Assembly: GCA_902573295.1 (NCBI GenBank) | Contig: CACGJB010000002.1 | Location: forward strand, 8,433-72,432 | Source: an uncultured Pelagibacteraceae bacterium | Lineage (GTDB): Bacteria; Pseudomonadota; Alphaproteobacteria; Pelagibacterales; Pelagibacteraceae | Length of the DNA: 64,000 nt | Direction of reading: 5' to 3' | In this document: positions 1 to 9,884 of the stretch, in pieces | How positions within the stretch are numbered: position 1 is the stretch's first letter | Layout of the letters: each line of letters starts with the position of its first letter | Made by a program: the position numbers and the translations under genes | Notes under the pieces: model-generated | The model's database searches: none | What the model was told of the DNA's origin: nothing | What the model saw: only the letters and a program-made list of their open reading frames with translations

Positions 1-427
1 AATTGTCTATAGAAAAAATTATTATTCTAATTAAGTAAACTAAAATTTTAGACAAAAAATAAGTTTGAATTCCAAATAAAAAAATCCCAACTAAACTTCT
101 AAGTAATCCAAAAAATTTAGCACCATTAAACCCTAGTGAAGATCTTAATAATACTACAAATGGTAAACCAAATTTTTGAGAAGGTTTTCCTATAATATTT
201 GAAAATAAATAAACAAAAAAAGATCCTAATATGATCCCAAAAAAAACTACAAAAATATTTAAACTATAAATTAAGTATAAAGAGGATATTAATGAAAAAC
301 CAATTACACTCTGTACATTTGCTCCCCAAAAACAAAATAGATCTTTCCAATTCCAAGTTTTATAATTTGGATTAACTGTGACTAAGTCCCAATTAGAAAG
401 AGAGTATTTTACTTTAGGTTGATTCAC
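1..427 (-). CDS. NCS1 family nucleobase:cation symporter (5' part, runs off the window start)
   Basis: Read manually from GTG at 427: MNQPKVKYSLSNWDLVTVNPNYKTWNWKDLFCFWGANVQ...GKPSQKFGLPFVVLLRSSLGFNGAKF, a typical NCS1 N-terminus. Confidence 0.75.
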   Translation of the reverse strand, partial: MNQPKVKYSLSNWDLVTVNPNYKTWNWKDLFCFWGANVQSVIGFSLISSLYLIYSLNIFVVFFGIILGSFFVYLFSNIIGKPSQKFGLPFVVLLRSSLGFNGAKFFGLLRSLVGIFLFGIQTYFLSKILVYLIRIIIFSIDN

Positions 428-452
428 AAAATTTATTTTAAACTAATAAATT

Positions 453-1787
453 CTACTGTCCATATAAGAGAGTTGGTAACCATAAGGCAATCTTGGGAAA
501 TATGATGATTAAAACTAAGCCTATAATTTGTAGAACCATAAACTGCATCATTCCATAATAAATATCTTTTAAATCCCATTCAGGAACCACGCCTTTTAAG
601 AAATAAGCAGACAAAGCTACAGGTGGAGACAGCCAGGCGGTCTGGAGATTGACAGCAACCAATATTGCAAACCATGTTAAATTAAAGCCCAAAGCTTCAA
701 TTAATGGTAAAATAATTGGTACAATAATCATCACAATTGGAACCCATTCCAATGGCCAACCTAATAAAAATATAGCAACCATTACAATTGCTAAAATAAA
801 ATATTTGTTCATCTCTAAACCTAACAAAAATTCAGTTAACAAGGTTGGAGTACCAAGTCTTGCAAATACAGCACCAAAAAAGTTTGATGCAGCAACTAAA
901 ACCATTATTAAAGCAGTAATCTCTAAAGTTTTAACAAGTGCTTCTTGAAGTTTAGATAGAGTTAATTTTTTATATGCTAATGAAAGCAACAATGCACCCA
1001 TTGCACCACAACCAGCAGCTTCTGTTGGTGTTGCAAATCCAAACAAGATACTTCCCAATGCAGCAAATACTAGAGCTGCCGGAGGAACTAAGCCTAAAAA
1101 GAATTCAATCCAAACTTCTTTCATGCTCGCTGCTCTCATTTCTTCAGGAATTACAGGTCCTAGTTTAGGATTTATCATGCATCTTATTGTTGTGTAGCCA
1201 GCGTATAAACTTGCAAGAAGAATTCCAGGAATTATAGCTGCAGCAAATAGATCAATTACAGGAATTTCCATAATTGGACCCATCACAACAAGCATAATAC
1301 TTGGTGGAATTAAAATTCCTAAGGTTCCACCAGCAGTAATTGTACCAGCTGCAAGTCTTACGTCATAACCAGATCTATTCATTGATTTTGCAGCCATTAT
1401 TCCAAGAATAGTTACTGAGGCACCAACAATACCTGTTGCAGCTGCAAAAATAACTGAAACAAACAAAACAGCATAATATAATGCACCTCTTACTCTAGCC
1501 AACATCATTTGAAATGATGAGAATAATCTTTCCATAAGTCCAGCTTGTTCCATCATAATCCCCATAAAGACAAATAGCGGGACGGCGGCGAGAGTTTGTT
1601 CGGTCATGACCATCGAGAATTGGAGGGTCATTAAATAAAAGACTAATTTTCCAAAACCTAGATAGCCAAATACAAAACCTAAGAAAATTAACGTGAACGA
1701 AATAGGAAATCCAACAAAGATAGCAAATAACATTACTCCAACTAAAATAAAACCTAAGTATGCTGGATTTATAAATTCAGCTATCAT
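453..1787 (-). CDS. dctM: TRAP transporter large permease (DctM)
   Basis: Multi-TM 444 aa, LAAVPLFVFMG and GTLGILIPPS motifs. Confidence 0.95.
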   Translation of the reverse strand: MIAEFINPAYLGFILVGVMLFAIFVGFPISFTLIFLGFVFGYLGFGKLVFYLMTLQFSMVMTEQTLAAVPLFVFMGIMMEQAGLMERLFSSFQMMLARVRGALYYAVLFVSVIFAAATGIVGASVTILGIMAAKSMNRSGYDVRLAAGTITAGGTLGILIPPSIMLVVMGPIMEIPVIDLFAAAIIPGILLASLYAGYTTIRCMINPKLGPVIPEEMRAASMKEVWIEFFLGLVPPAALVFAALGSILFGFATPTEAAGCGAMGALLLSLAYKKLTLSKLQEALVKTLEITALIMVLVAASNFFGAVFARLGTPTLLTEFLLGLEMNKYFILAIVMVAIFLLGWPLEWVPIVMIIVPIILPLIEALGFNLTWFAILVAVNLQTAWLSPPVALSAYFLKGVVPEWDLKDIYYGMMQFMVLQIIGLVLIIIFPKIALWLPTLLYGQ

Positions 1788-2398
1788 TCATCTTCTCCTG
1801 GCCACTTCCCTCTTGTAGCAGCCCAATAACTCTTAAATAATTCTGAAATACCTTGGATTAGTAAAAAAACTATACCAATTAGTAGGCAAGTTTTTATTGG
1901 CCACATATATGGCATCCAAGTAGTATCCATTCCTCTTTCACCTCTTTGAATAGACTCTCCTACATATCCAATAGTCATATAAAGGAACACAATTAAGCCT
2001 GGAAAATAAAATAAAATATATAACCAAAAATCAATTGTGCCTTGATTCTTAGTTTTAAAATTTCTGTACAAAAAATCAGCTCTTATATGAACACCTTTGG
2101 AAAGTGCATAACCAGCACCCAACATAAAAAGTGCACCATATAAAAATCGACTGATGTCATAAGCCCATATTGTTGGGGCATGAAATAATTTTCTAGCAAG
2201 AACTTCGTAAGTCATTGCAAGAATTAACGGCATCAATATCCAACAAACGACATTACCAACCCATTTACTAAATTTATCAATATTTACAATTGAACTTGCC
2301 ATCCATATTGGCATATCACTTGGCATTTTTCCTGAACCACCTCGCCTTTCGGCAATCATTTCATCTGATATATCTAGTTTACCTGGTTCGTCTGCCAT
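1784..2398 (-). CDS. dctQ: TRAP transporter small permease (DctQ)
   Basis: Four TM segments, HIRADF motif, lies between dctP and dctM. Confidence 0.93.
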   Translation of the reverse strand: MADEPGKLDISDEMIAERRGGSGKMPSDMPIWMASSIVNIDKFSKWVGNVVCWILMPLILAMTYEVLARKLFHAPTIWAYDISRFLYGALFMLGAGYALSKGVHIRADFLYRNFKTKNQGTIDFWLYILFYFPGLIVFLYMTIGYVGESIQRGERGMDTTWMPYMWPIKTCLLIGIVFLLIQGISELFKSYWAATRGKWPGEDE

Positions 2399-2408
2399 AA
2401 AATTTTAT

Positions 2409-2444
2409 AAAAAAAATTAGAGCGGACTTAATAGTCCGCTCTAA
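2409..2444 (-). terminator. Stem-loop/terminator between dctP and dctQ
   Basis: Perfect 12-bp inverted repeat TTAGAGCGGACT-taat-AGTCCGCTCTAA followed by a U-run on the minus strand. Confidence 0.85.
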
Positions 2445-2463
2445 CGTAAAGATTATTTAATGA

Positions 2464-3558
2464 TTACTTTAATGTTGCTGCGTGAGCCATTCCTAGCTTC
2501 GCATTAGACATTTGAGCACCACTCCAGAAAGGAACTGCGATATCAGCAAATTCTTTCATAGAGTCCCAAACTTCAGCAAAGAATGCATTTTTAGCTGCGT
2601 TTGTTTCCAAACTTTTCTTAGCAGCTGCCATGTATTCTGTGAAGTAGTCTGAAGGAGTATCTTCTAATTTTACACCATGAACTTCGGTAAGCTCTTTTAA
2701 AGCTTTTCCGTTTTCATAGATTCTGTAACTTAGAGATTTTGCTAGAGATGCATTTGCTGCAACTTCTAGAGATTTCTTCTCATGAGCACTCATAGCTTCA
2801 TATGTTTTTCCAGTAATATAAAAGTCAGCATTTACGACTACTTGGTGTAAACCTTGTAGGTAGTAGTGCTTTAATACTTTTTGGAAACCAAACGTTAAGT
2901 CTGGTTTTGGACAACACCATTCAGCAGCATCAATAGTTCCTGCTTCTAAAGCTGGTAGAATATCTCCACCACCCATAGCAACAGATGCTATACCGATGTC
3001 TTTATAAGTTTGTCCTGGAATTCCTGGAGGAGTTCTGAATTTATATTTTCTAAAGTCAGCCATATCTTTAATTGGTTTTGGAAACCAACCTAAAGCTTCA
3101 GGACCAACTGGTTGAATCATAAATCCTTTAATATCTCTTCCCATTTCTTTCCATAGTCTGTCGTATAGCTCTTTTCCTCCACCATACTGAAACCATGATA
3201 AGAATGCGATGTTGTCAATACCAACACCACCACCTGCTACTGGCGAACCAAATAACATAGCGGCAGGATGATCACCTGACCAATAGTGTGTCCAAGCAAA
3301 TCCACAGTCGATAAGTCCTTTATCAACAGCGTCCAAAGTTTCTTTTACACCAACAACTGCTCCTGCAGGCATAATTTCAAACTTAAGAGATCCACCTGTC
3401 AAAGTTGTAACAGTGTCAGTAAAGTCTTTTAACATTTTAACTTCATCAGCCTTAGTGTTAAGAACTGTCTGACATTTTAGTGTTTTCGCAGCATTAGCAT
3501 TTGAAATAAATCCAAATACCATAGCAACTGCAAATAACATTGAAATGATTTTTTTCAT
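2464..3558 (-). CDS. dctP: TRAP transporter substrate-binding protein (DctP family)
   Basis: Signal peptide, KFRTP and GTIDAAEW motifs, upstream of dctQM. Confidence 0.93.
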   Translation of the reverse strand: MKKIISMLFAVAMVFGFISNANAAKTLKCQTVLNTKADEVKMLKDFTDTVTTLTGGSLKFEIMPAGAVVGVKETLDAVDKGLIDCGFAWTHYWSGDHPAAMLFGSPVAGGGVGIDNIAFLSWFQYGGGKELYDRLWKEMGRDIKGFMIQPVGPEALGWFPKPIKDMADFRKYKFRTPPGIPGQTYKDIGIASVAMGGGDILPALEAGTIDAAEWCCPKPDLTFGFQKVLKHYYLQGLHQVVVNADFYITGKTYEAMSAHEKKSLEVAANASLAKSLSYRIYENGKALKELTEVHGVKLEDTPSDYFTEYMAAAKKSLETNAAKNAFFAEVWDSMKEFADIAVPFWSGAQMSNAKLGMAHAATLK

Positions 3559-3699
3559 TTGTTTCCCTCTCTTTATTTTTAAAAATGAAACTTTGTCAAA
3601 TAATGAAATCTAAAACAAGTGCTAATATTGGATTATTTGGATATTTTTGTGTACAGAAATATAACAAATAAAAAAAATTTAATTTATAAGAGTTCTAAT

Positions 3700-5295
3700 A
3701 TGGATAATTTTGATTTTATAATTCTTGGAGCAGGATCCGCAGGATGTGTGCTTGCTAACAGGTTGTCAGAAAATCCTTCAAACAAAGTGTTATTAATTGA
3801 AGCTGGTGGTAAGGATAATTACCCTTGGATACATATTCCTGTTGGTTATTTCAAAACAATGCACAATCCAAAGACTGATTGGTGCTACAAAACAGAACCT
3901 GATGAAAGTATGAACAACATTTCTATTAGGTATCCTAGAGGAAAAACTTTGGGAGGTAGTTCTGCTATTAACGGTTTACTATATATAAGAGGTCAACACA
4001 GAGATTATGATATTTGGAGACAATTAGGTAATACTGGCTGGGGATGGGATGATGTTTTGCCTTATTTTATCAAAGCAGAAAACCAGGAAAGAGGAAAAGA
4101 TGAGTTCCATGGAGTAGGAGGCCCTTTATCTGTTTCAGATCAAAGAATACATCTGCCTCTTTTAGATGAATTTCAAAATGCCGCTGAGGAATTTGGTATT
4201 CCTAAAACAAAAGATTTTAATACTGGTGATAATCATGGCTGTGGTTATTTCCAAGTAACTGAAAAGGATGGCTTTAGATGTAGTACAGCTGTTGGATATT
4301 TAAACCCAATCAAGAGCAGGAAAAATTTAAAAATTTTAACTCATTCACATGTCAAAAAAATAAATTTTGAAAACAAAACTGCTAAAGAAATTGAGTATTG
4401 GGAAGGAAATAAATTAAAAAAAGTACAAGCAAATAAAGAAATTATAATTTCATCAGGGGCTATTGGCTCTCCTCAAATTTTACAAGTTTCTGGAATAGGA
4501 AATCCTGAAAAATTAAAAAATCTTGGGATTGATATGGTGCAAAATTTAAATGGGGTTGGAGAAAATTTACACGATCATTTAATGCTTAGACCAATTTATA
4601 AAATTAATGGATTAAAATCACTAAATAAAAAAATTAATAGTTTATTTGGAAATTTAATGATTGGCTTAGAATACATTTTTAAAAGAAGTGGCCCAATGAC
4701 TATGGGTGCTAGTCAACTTTGTATGTTTGCTAAAAGCGATCCATCTTTAGAACTACCAGACTTACAATGGCATGTTCAGCCTATGAGTATGGATACTTTG
4801 GGAGCAACAAAAAATCACGATTTTCATGCATTCACCCCTACTGTTTCAAATATCAGACCAACAAGTAGAGGGCATGTTAGCATTGTTGATAAAGACTCAA
4901 GAACTTATGCAAAAATAAAACAAAACTATCTATCAACTGATCACGATAGAATGATTGCAGCTAAAGGACTTAAATTAACCAGAAAAATCATAATGGAATC
5001 TGAAACTTTCAAAAAATATACCCCAGAAGAATACAGACCTGGCATTCATTTAAATGATGACGAGGAGTTAGTTAAAGAAGCTTCTAATTATGCACAAACT
5101 ATTTTTCATCCAGTAGGAACCTGTAAAATGGGTCAAGATGAAATGTCTGTAGTAGATGAAAAACTTAAGGTTAGAGGTGTTAATAATTTAAGAGTTATAG
5201 ATGCATCAATAATGCCAAACATCACGTCAGGAAATACAAATGCACCAACAATAATGATTGCAGAAAAAGGTGCAGATATGATACTAGAGCGATAA
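3700..5295 (+). CDS. GMC oxidoreductase (choline dehydrogenase family, candidate isethionate dehydrogenase IseJ)
   Basis: GAGSAG FAD motif, GKTLGGSSAING, HPVGTC, GNTNAP. ATG at 3700 preferred. IseJ call comes from TRAP/TerC/xsc context. Confidence 0.85.
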   Translation: MDNFDFIILGAGSAGCVLANRLSENPSNKVLLIEAGGKDNYPWIHIPVGYFKTMHNPKTDWCYKTEPDESMNNISIRYPRGKTLGGSSAINGLLYIRGQHRDYDIWRQLGNTGWGWDDVLPYFIKAENQERGKDEFHGVGGPLSVSDQRIHLPLLDEFQNAAEEFGIPKTKDFNTGDNHGCGYFQVTEKDGFRCSTAVGYLNPIKSRKNLKILTHSHVKKINFENKTAKEIEYWEGNKLKKVQANKEIIISSGAIGSPQILQVSGIGNPEKLKNLGIDMVQNLNGVGENLHDHLMLRPIYKINGLKSLNKKINSLFGNLMIGLEYIFKRSGPMTMGASQLCMFAKSDPSLELPDLQWHVQPMSMDTLGATKNHDFHAFTPTVSNIRPTSRGHVSIVDKDSRTYAKIKQNYLSTDHDRMIAAKGLKLTRKIIMESETFKKYTPEEYRPGIHLNDDEELVKEASNYAQTIFHPVGTCKMGQDEMSVVDEKLKVRGVNNLRVIDASIMPNITSGNTNAPTIMIAEKGADMILER

Positions 5296-5888
5296 TGTTT
5301 GGAGAATTTTTTACAGCTGAACAAATAGCAATATTAACTCAAATAATTTTTATTGATTTAGTTTTAGCTGGAGATAATGCCATTATAATTGGAATGGTTG
5401 CATCTAAATTTCCAGTTGAACAAAGAAAAAAAGTTATATTCTGGGGAATTGGTGGTGCTGTAATTTTAAGAATAATACTAACTTTGCTAACAGCTTATCT
5501 ACTGCAAATCACCGGTTTAAGATTAATTGGGGGGCTGTTATTACTTTATATTGTTTACAAACTTTACGTAGATGTAATCAAAGGCTCTGAAACAGAAGAG
5601 AATGTTAAAGTAGACAATTCAAGTTTTTTAAAGGCTATTTGGACAGTTCTACTAGCAGATTTTACAATGAGTTTGGATAATGTTTTGGGTGTTGCCGGTG
5701 CAGCAGGCGATCATTATGGACTACTTGTATTTGGGTTAGTGTTATCAATCATTTTAATGGCAACTGCAGCAACATTAATATCTGGATGGATTAAAAAATA
5801 TAAATGGATTGCTTGGGTTGGTTTACTAGCAATATTAATAGTGGCTGTAGAGTTGATTTACACAGATATTAAAATAATATTCTTTTAA
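5295..5888 (+). CDS. TerC/YjbE family membrane protein
   Basis: IDLVLAGDNA and DFTMSLDNVL motifs. Confidence 0.9.
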   Translation: MFGEFFTAEQIAILTQIIFIDLVLAGDNAIIIGMVASKFPVEQRKKVIFWGIGGAVILRIILTLLTAYLLQITGLRLIGGLLLLYIVYKLYVDVIKGSETEENVKVDNSSFLKAIWTVLLADFTMSLDNVLGVAGAAGDHYGLLVFGLVLSIILMATAATLISGWIKKYKWIAWVGLLAILIVAVELIYTDIKIIFF

Positions 5889-6646
5889 TGTATCTTCAAA
5901 AAATAAATCTAAAAAACAAATACGCTTTAGTTACTGGTGCAGGTAAAGGATTGGGAAGAGCTTGTTCAATTGCACTAGCTGAGGCAGGAGCAACGGTAAT
6001 AGCTCTAAGCAGAACTTCATCAGATTTAAATAAATTAGAAAAGGATATCAAAAAAATTAAAGGTAAAATTATTAAAGTTTCATGTGATGTAATGAACTAT
6101 GAAGATTTAAAACAAAAATTAGATAAAATTAAAATAATTGATGTGTTAGTAAATAATGCTGGAACTAACATTCCAGAACCTTTTGAAAAAATCAAACAAA
6201 AAAGCATGAACTATCTAGTAGATTTAAATCTAAAGGCAGCATTTAATGTGGCACAGCTTGTTGTTAAAAAAATGATCAAAAACAAAAAAAGACCTGGTTC
6301 AATTATAAATATGTCGTCTCAACTTGGTCATGTGGGTATGAGTGGTAGAAACGTATATAATATGACAAAATTTGGAATTGAAGGATTAACAAAGGGAATG
6401 GGTGTTGAGTTAGCTAAAAAAAATATCAGAGTTAATACGGTAGCACCTACTTTCGTTGAAACACCTATGGTTAAAAACTTTTTTAAAAACAAAAAGTTTA
6501 AAAAATTAGCCCTCGGAAATATACCAATGGGAAAAGCGGCTACCGAAAGTGATGTTGCTACAACAGTATGCTTTTTGGCATCATCAGCATCTTCAATGAT
6601 AACTGGAACATCAATAATTATAGATGGTGGATGGACAGCTCAATAA
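5888..6646 (+). CDS. SDR oxidoreductase, HpsO-like (dihydroxypropanesulfonate dehydrogenase-like)
   Basis: TGAGKGLG, NNAG, YxxxK. MSSQLGHVG, PTFVETP and DGGWTA resemble HpsO-type SDRs from recall. Confidence 0.75.
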   Translation: MYLQKINLKNKYALVTGAGKGLGRACSIALAEAGATVIALSRTSSDLNKLEKDIKKIKGKIIKVSCDVMNYEDLKQKLDKIKIIDVLVNNAGTNIPEPFEKIKQKSMNYLVDLNLKAAFNVAQLVVKKMIKNKKRPGSIINMSSQLGHVGMSGRNVYNMTKFGIEGLTKGMGVELAKKNIRVNTVAPTFVETPMVKNFFKNKKFKKLALGNIPMGKAATESDVATTVCFLASSASSMITGTSIIIDGGWTAQ

Positions 6647-7431
6647 TTTATAGACTTTTTGTTATTTTTTTAATTTTTATATCTCCAGTTAAAGCTATTG
6701 AATTCCAAGGTAAATTTCTTCAAGGTCATTTTATATTAGGTAAAACTAACCCTAATGCTAAAATTTTGGTTGGAAAAAAAGAGGTTAAAGTATCAAAAGA
6801 TGGTTTTTTTGTTTTTGGTATAGATCGAGATCAAAAATACGACCTAATATTCACAAAAATTATTAATGGAAAAAAATCAATAACTTCCAAAAAAGTTTTA
6901 AAGAGAAAATATAATATACAAAGAATAGATGGTTTGGCAGAAAGTAAAGTAACCCCACCTGAGTCTGTTTATAAAAGAATTAAAAAAGAAAATAATGCAA
7001 TTGGAGAAGCAAGAGCGATAAATTCTAATCTGCAATTTTTTAAAGAAAAATTTATCATGCCAGTTGAAGGTATAATCAGTGGTGTTTATGGCAGTCAAAG
7101 AATTTTAAATGGCAAACCAAGATGGCCTCACTATGGAATAGACATTGCTGCTAAACAAGGAACGATGATTAAATCTTCTGGTTCTGGTATAGTTACTATG
7201 GCTGAAGATGATTTATATTATACAGGTGGAACAATTATAATGGATCATGGTCATGGGATATCAACAATATATTCTCATTTAGAAAATATATTAGTCTCAG
7301 TTGGTGATCAAATAAATAAAGGAGATATAATAGGTACTGTAGGATCTACAGGAAGATCAACTGGACCACACTTAGATTTTAGAATTAATTGGTTTCAAAC
7401 AAGACTTGATCCAATGTCTATATTAAAATAA
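6631..7431 (+). CDS. M23 family metallopeptidase
   Basis: HYGID, YSHL, STGPHLDF motifs. Confidence 0.92.
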   Translation: MDSSIIYRLFVIFLIFISPVKAIEFQGKFLQGHFILGKTNPNAKILVGKKEVKVSKDGFFVFGIDRDQKYDLIFTKIINGKKSITSKKVLKRKYNIQRIDGLAESKVTPPESVYKRIKKENNAIGEARAINSNLQFFKEKFIMPVEGIISGVYGSQRILNGKPRWPHYGIDIAAKQGTMIKSSGSGIVTMAEDDLYYTGGTIIMDHGHGISTIYSHLENILVSVGDQINKGDIIGTVGSTGRSTGPHLDFRINWFQTRLDPMSILK

Positions 7432-8504
7432 TGATTAACTTTATAAAAAAATCACTATTAGTTTTATTTATAACCTTATTTATATTTCTAACATTAGATT
7501 TTTTTTTTGGCAAAAAATTAAAAAATTTAATTAAAATTACTGATGATGAAAAAATTTATCGTATCAAGAATGAATTTTACCATCATGGTTTTTTAAAAAA
7601 TTATTCAACAGATAAAGCTCGGTGGGGTAATAAATTTTATAAATTTTGCAGTGATCACAATGGTTTTAAGTATGATTGTAAAAAAAACAATGAAACTAAT
7701 TTTAATTATGCTTTTATAGGTGACAGTTTCACAGAAGGGATTGGATTGAGATATGAAGATACTTTTGTAGGGATGTTTGAGAATATTACAAAACAGAAAG
7801 TTGTTAATCTTGGTGTTAGTTCTTATTCTCCTTACTTATACAAAAATAAAGCAATCTATTTGCTAGAAAATAAAATAATAAATTTTAATCATTTAATTGT
7901 AGCAGTAGATTTAAGTGATTTAAATGATGATAGAAGTTTTAATGAAAGTTATGTTTCTGAAAAAAATTTAAGAAACACTGAAAGTTATCACAAATATAAT
8001 TTTTTATCTAATTTTGTAATTAAAATAAAAATAATTTTAAAAAAAAATTTTTTAGTTACGGATTATCTCGCAAGGCAAATTTGGTGGCTTGGTGTAAGGA
8101 ATTTTTTCAATAATTACTCTGAACACTATATCGCCTATAATAACATTAACAGTTCTTGGGGCTATAGAAAAAGAATTGAAGATGAAAAAGATATAAATTT
8201 TATGGTTACAAATATGCTCCAACTTTCTAAATATTTAAAAAGAAATGCTATAGAATTTTCTTTAATCATTTATCCTCATCCTGCAAGCATATTGTATGAT
8301 AACAAATCAAGTCTATATAAAAAAACTTGGGAAAATTTTTGTATTTTACACTGTGATTATTTTATAGATTCATATTCAAATTTTTTTGATCTAAATAAAA
8401 ATAAAGAGAAAATTATAGAAGATTATTATATAAAAGGAGACGTACATTTTAATAAAAATGGAAATTATTTTTTATTTAAAAACTTAATTAATAACTTTGA
8501 ATAA
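7431..8504 (+). CDS. SGNH/GDSL hydrolase-like membrane-anchored protein
   Basis: N-terminal TM, GDSF, NLGVSSY, C-terminal DVH; low GC. Confidence 0.7.
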   Translation: MINFIKKSLLVLFITLFIFLTLDFFFGKKLKNLIKITDDEKIYRIKNEFYHHGFLKNYSTDKARWGNKFYKFCSDHNGFKYDCKKNNETNFNYAFIGDSFTEGIGLRYEDTFVGMFENITKQKVVNLGVSSYSPYLYKNKAIYLLENKIINFNHLIVAVDLSDLNDDRSFNESYVSEKNLRNTESYHKYNFLSNFVIKIKIILKKNFLVTDYLARQIWWLGVRNFFNNYSEHYIAYNNINSSWGYRKRIEDEKDINFMVTNMLQLSKYLKRNAIEFSLIIYPHPASILYDNKSSLYKKTWENFCILHCDYFIDSYSNFFDLNKNKEKIIEDYYIKGDVHFNKNGNYFLFKNLINNFE

Positions 8505-8569
8505 ATTTTTCTTTTGTAAATAATATTATTTTTAAAATTTCTTTTTTAATTATCTAAGATAATATTTAA

Positions 8570-9874
8570 CTAAATTTCTGAATTGGCTCTTAACCGTTCA
8601 TAAATCAATCTAGCTTTGACACCTAAACTTAAAATTGGATCAGGAGGAAGCCAAGTGGGTTTATTTCTTGCTTCAATAACTTCTATCTCCTTTGTATTTT
8701 CATTGCTTGCTTTAATTGCTATTTGCTCTCCAAATAAAGTACCAACTCCAATACCAGAACCATTATAGCAACCTGCAACAAATATATTGTGATCTATTTT
8801 TTCAAAAATTTGAGAACTATTTCTTGTTCTTGAAACAATGCCTGCCCAAGAAGATTGAATAATATCATCAGGTAATTTAGGAAATCTTTTTTTAATTCCA
8901 ATCTTTTGTTTTAATGATCTTTTTGTTAATTCAGATTTAGACATTTGATAAGGATTATAAACTTCTGCAGTGTTTCTGATCAATATTCTTCTATCCTTAG
9001 TCATTCTAATTGTTGCCCCCATTGGTCTAACAGGTAACACGCCCCATTCTTTAGGCTTACCAAGAGATACAAATTCTTCATCTGATAAAGATCTTGTCAT
9101 ACTAGCTGTTAAAGTAATTGGAAAATTATAATTTGATTTTATTCCTAAAGACTTCAGAAATCCGTTTGTAGCAAAAATAATTTTTTTAGTTTTAATTGAA
9201 CCATTTTTAAATTTACAAATGACTGTTTCATTTTTCTTTTCCCAATCTAATAATGAAGAATTTTCATAAAGATTTACGTTATCCGGTAATGTATCGATCA
9301 TAGCTCTAACCAATTTACCCGGATGTAGTAAAATCCCTCCCTTAGTACGAAGAGCAATATTGTAAAAATTGGTACCCAATCTTTTTTTAAGCTCTTTATT
9401 TGATAACAAATTATGTTCGAAACCTAACTTTGATAAGGTGTCTGAAAAATTTTCTAATATTTTTCTATCTTCTTGTTTTGATGATGCAAAATATTTCCCA
9501 CATTCATTCCAATCACAATCTACCTGATATTCTTTAATAAATTTTTTAATAACATCTATTCCTAATTTATAGATGTCTGTTTTTTTTTTATAATTATCTA
9601 ATTCTTTATTGGAGGTAAAACCATCATTAAGCGTTGTATCTACTAAATATCCTGAGTTTCTTGAGCTAGCACCCTCGCCTGCTAGCTGAGCATCAACTAA
9701 AAATATTTTTTGATTTGGAAAAAGTTGACCTAATTTTCTTGCTGCAGATAATCCTGTATAACCTGCTCCAATAACAATCCACTCACATTCTTCATTTTTA
9801 TTTAAAACTTTTATATTTGATCTTTGGTTTAAATCATTAATCCAACTACATCCTTTATCATTAACAATTTGCAT
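8570..9874 (-). CDS. FAD-dependent oxidoreductase (DAO/PuuB-OrdL family)
   Basis: GAGYTG, GASSRNSG, CYNGSG motifs. Confidence 0.85.
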   Translation of the reverse strand: MQIVNDKGCSWINDLNQRSNIKVLNKNEECEWIVIGAGYTGLSAARKLGQLFPNQKIFLVDAQLAGEGASSRNSGYLVDTTLNDGFTSNKELDNYKKKTDIYKLGIDVIKKFIKEYQVDCDWNECGKYFASSKQEDRKILENFSDTLSKLGFEHNLLSNKELKKRLGTNFYNIALRTKGGILLHPGKLVRAMIDTLPDNVNLYENSSLLDWEKKNETVICKFKNGSIKTKKIIFATNGFLKSLGIKSNYNFPITLTASMTRSLSDEEFVSLGKPKEWGVLPVRPMGATIRMTKDRRILIRNTAEVYNPYQMSKSELTKRSLKQKIGIKKRFPKLPDDIIQSSWAGIVSRTRNSSQIFEKIDHNIFVAGCYNGSGIGVGTLFGEQIAIKASNENTKEIEVIEARNKPTWLPPDPILSLGVKARLIYERLRANSEI

Positions 9875-9884
9875 TTTAATGAAT

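Noticed and set aside
3700-5295. Calling the GMC oxidoreductase betA
   Set aside because: No betB or betI nearby; the context favours a sulfonate substrate, so the symbol was withheld
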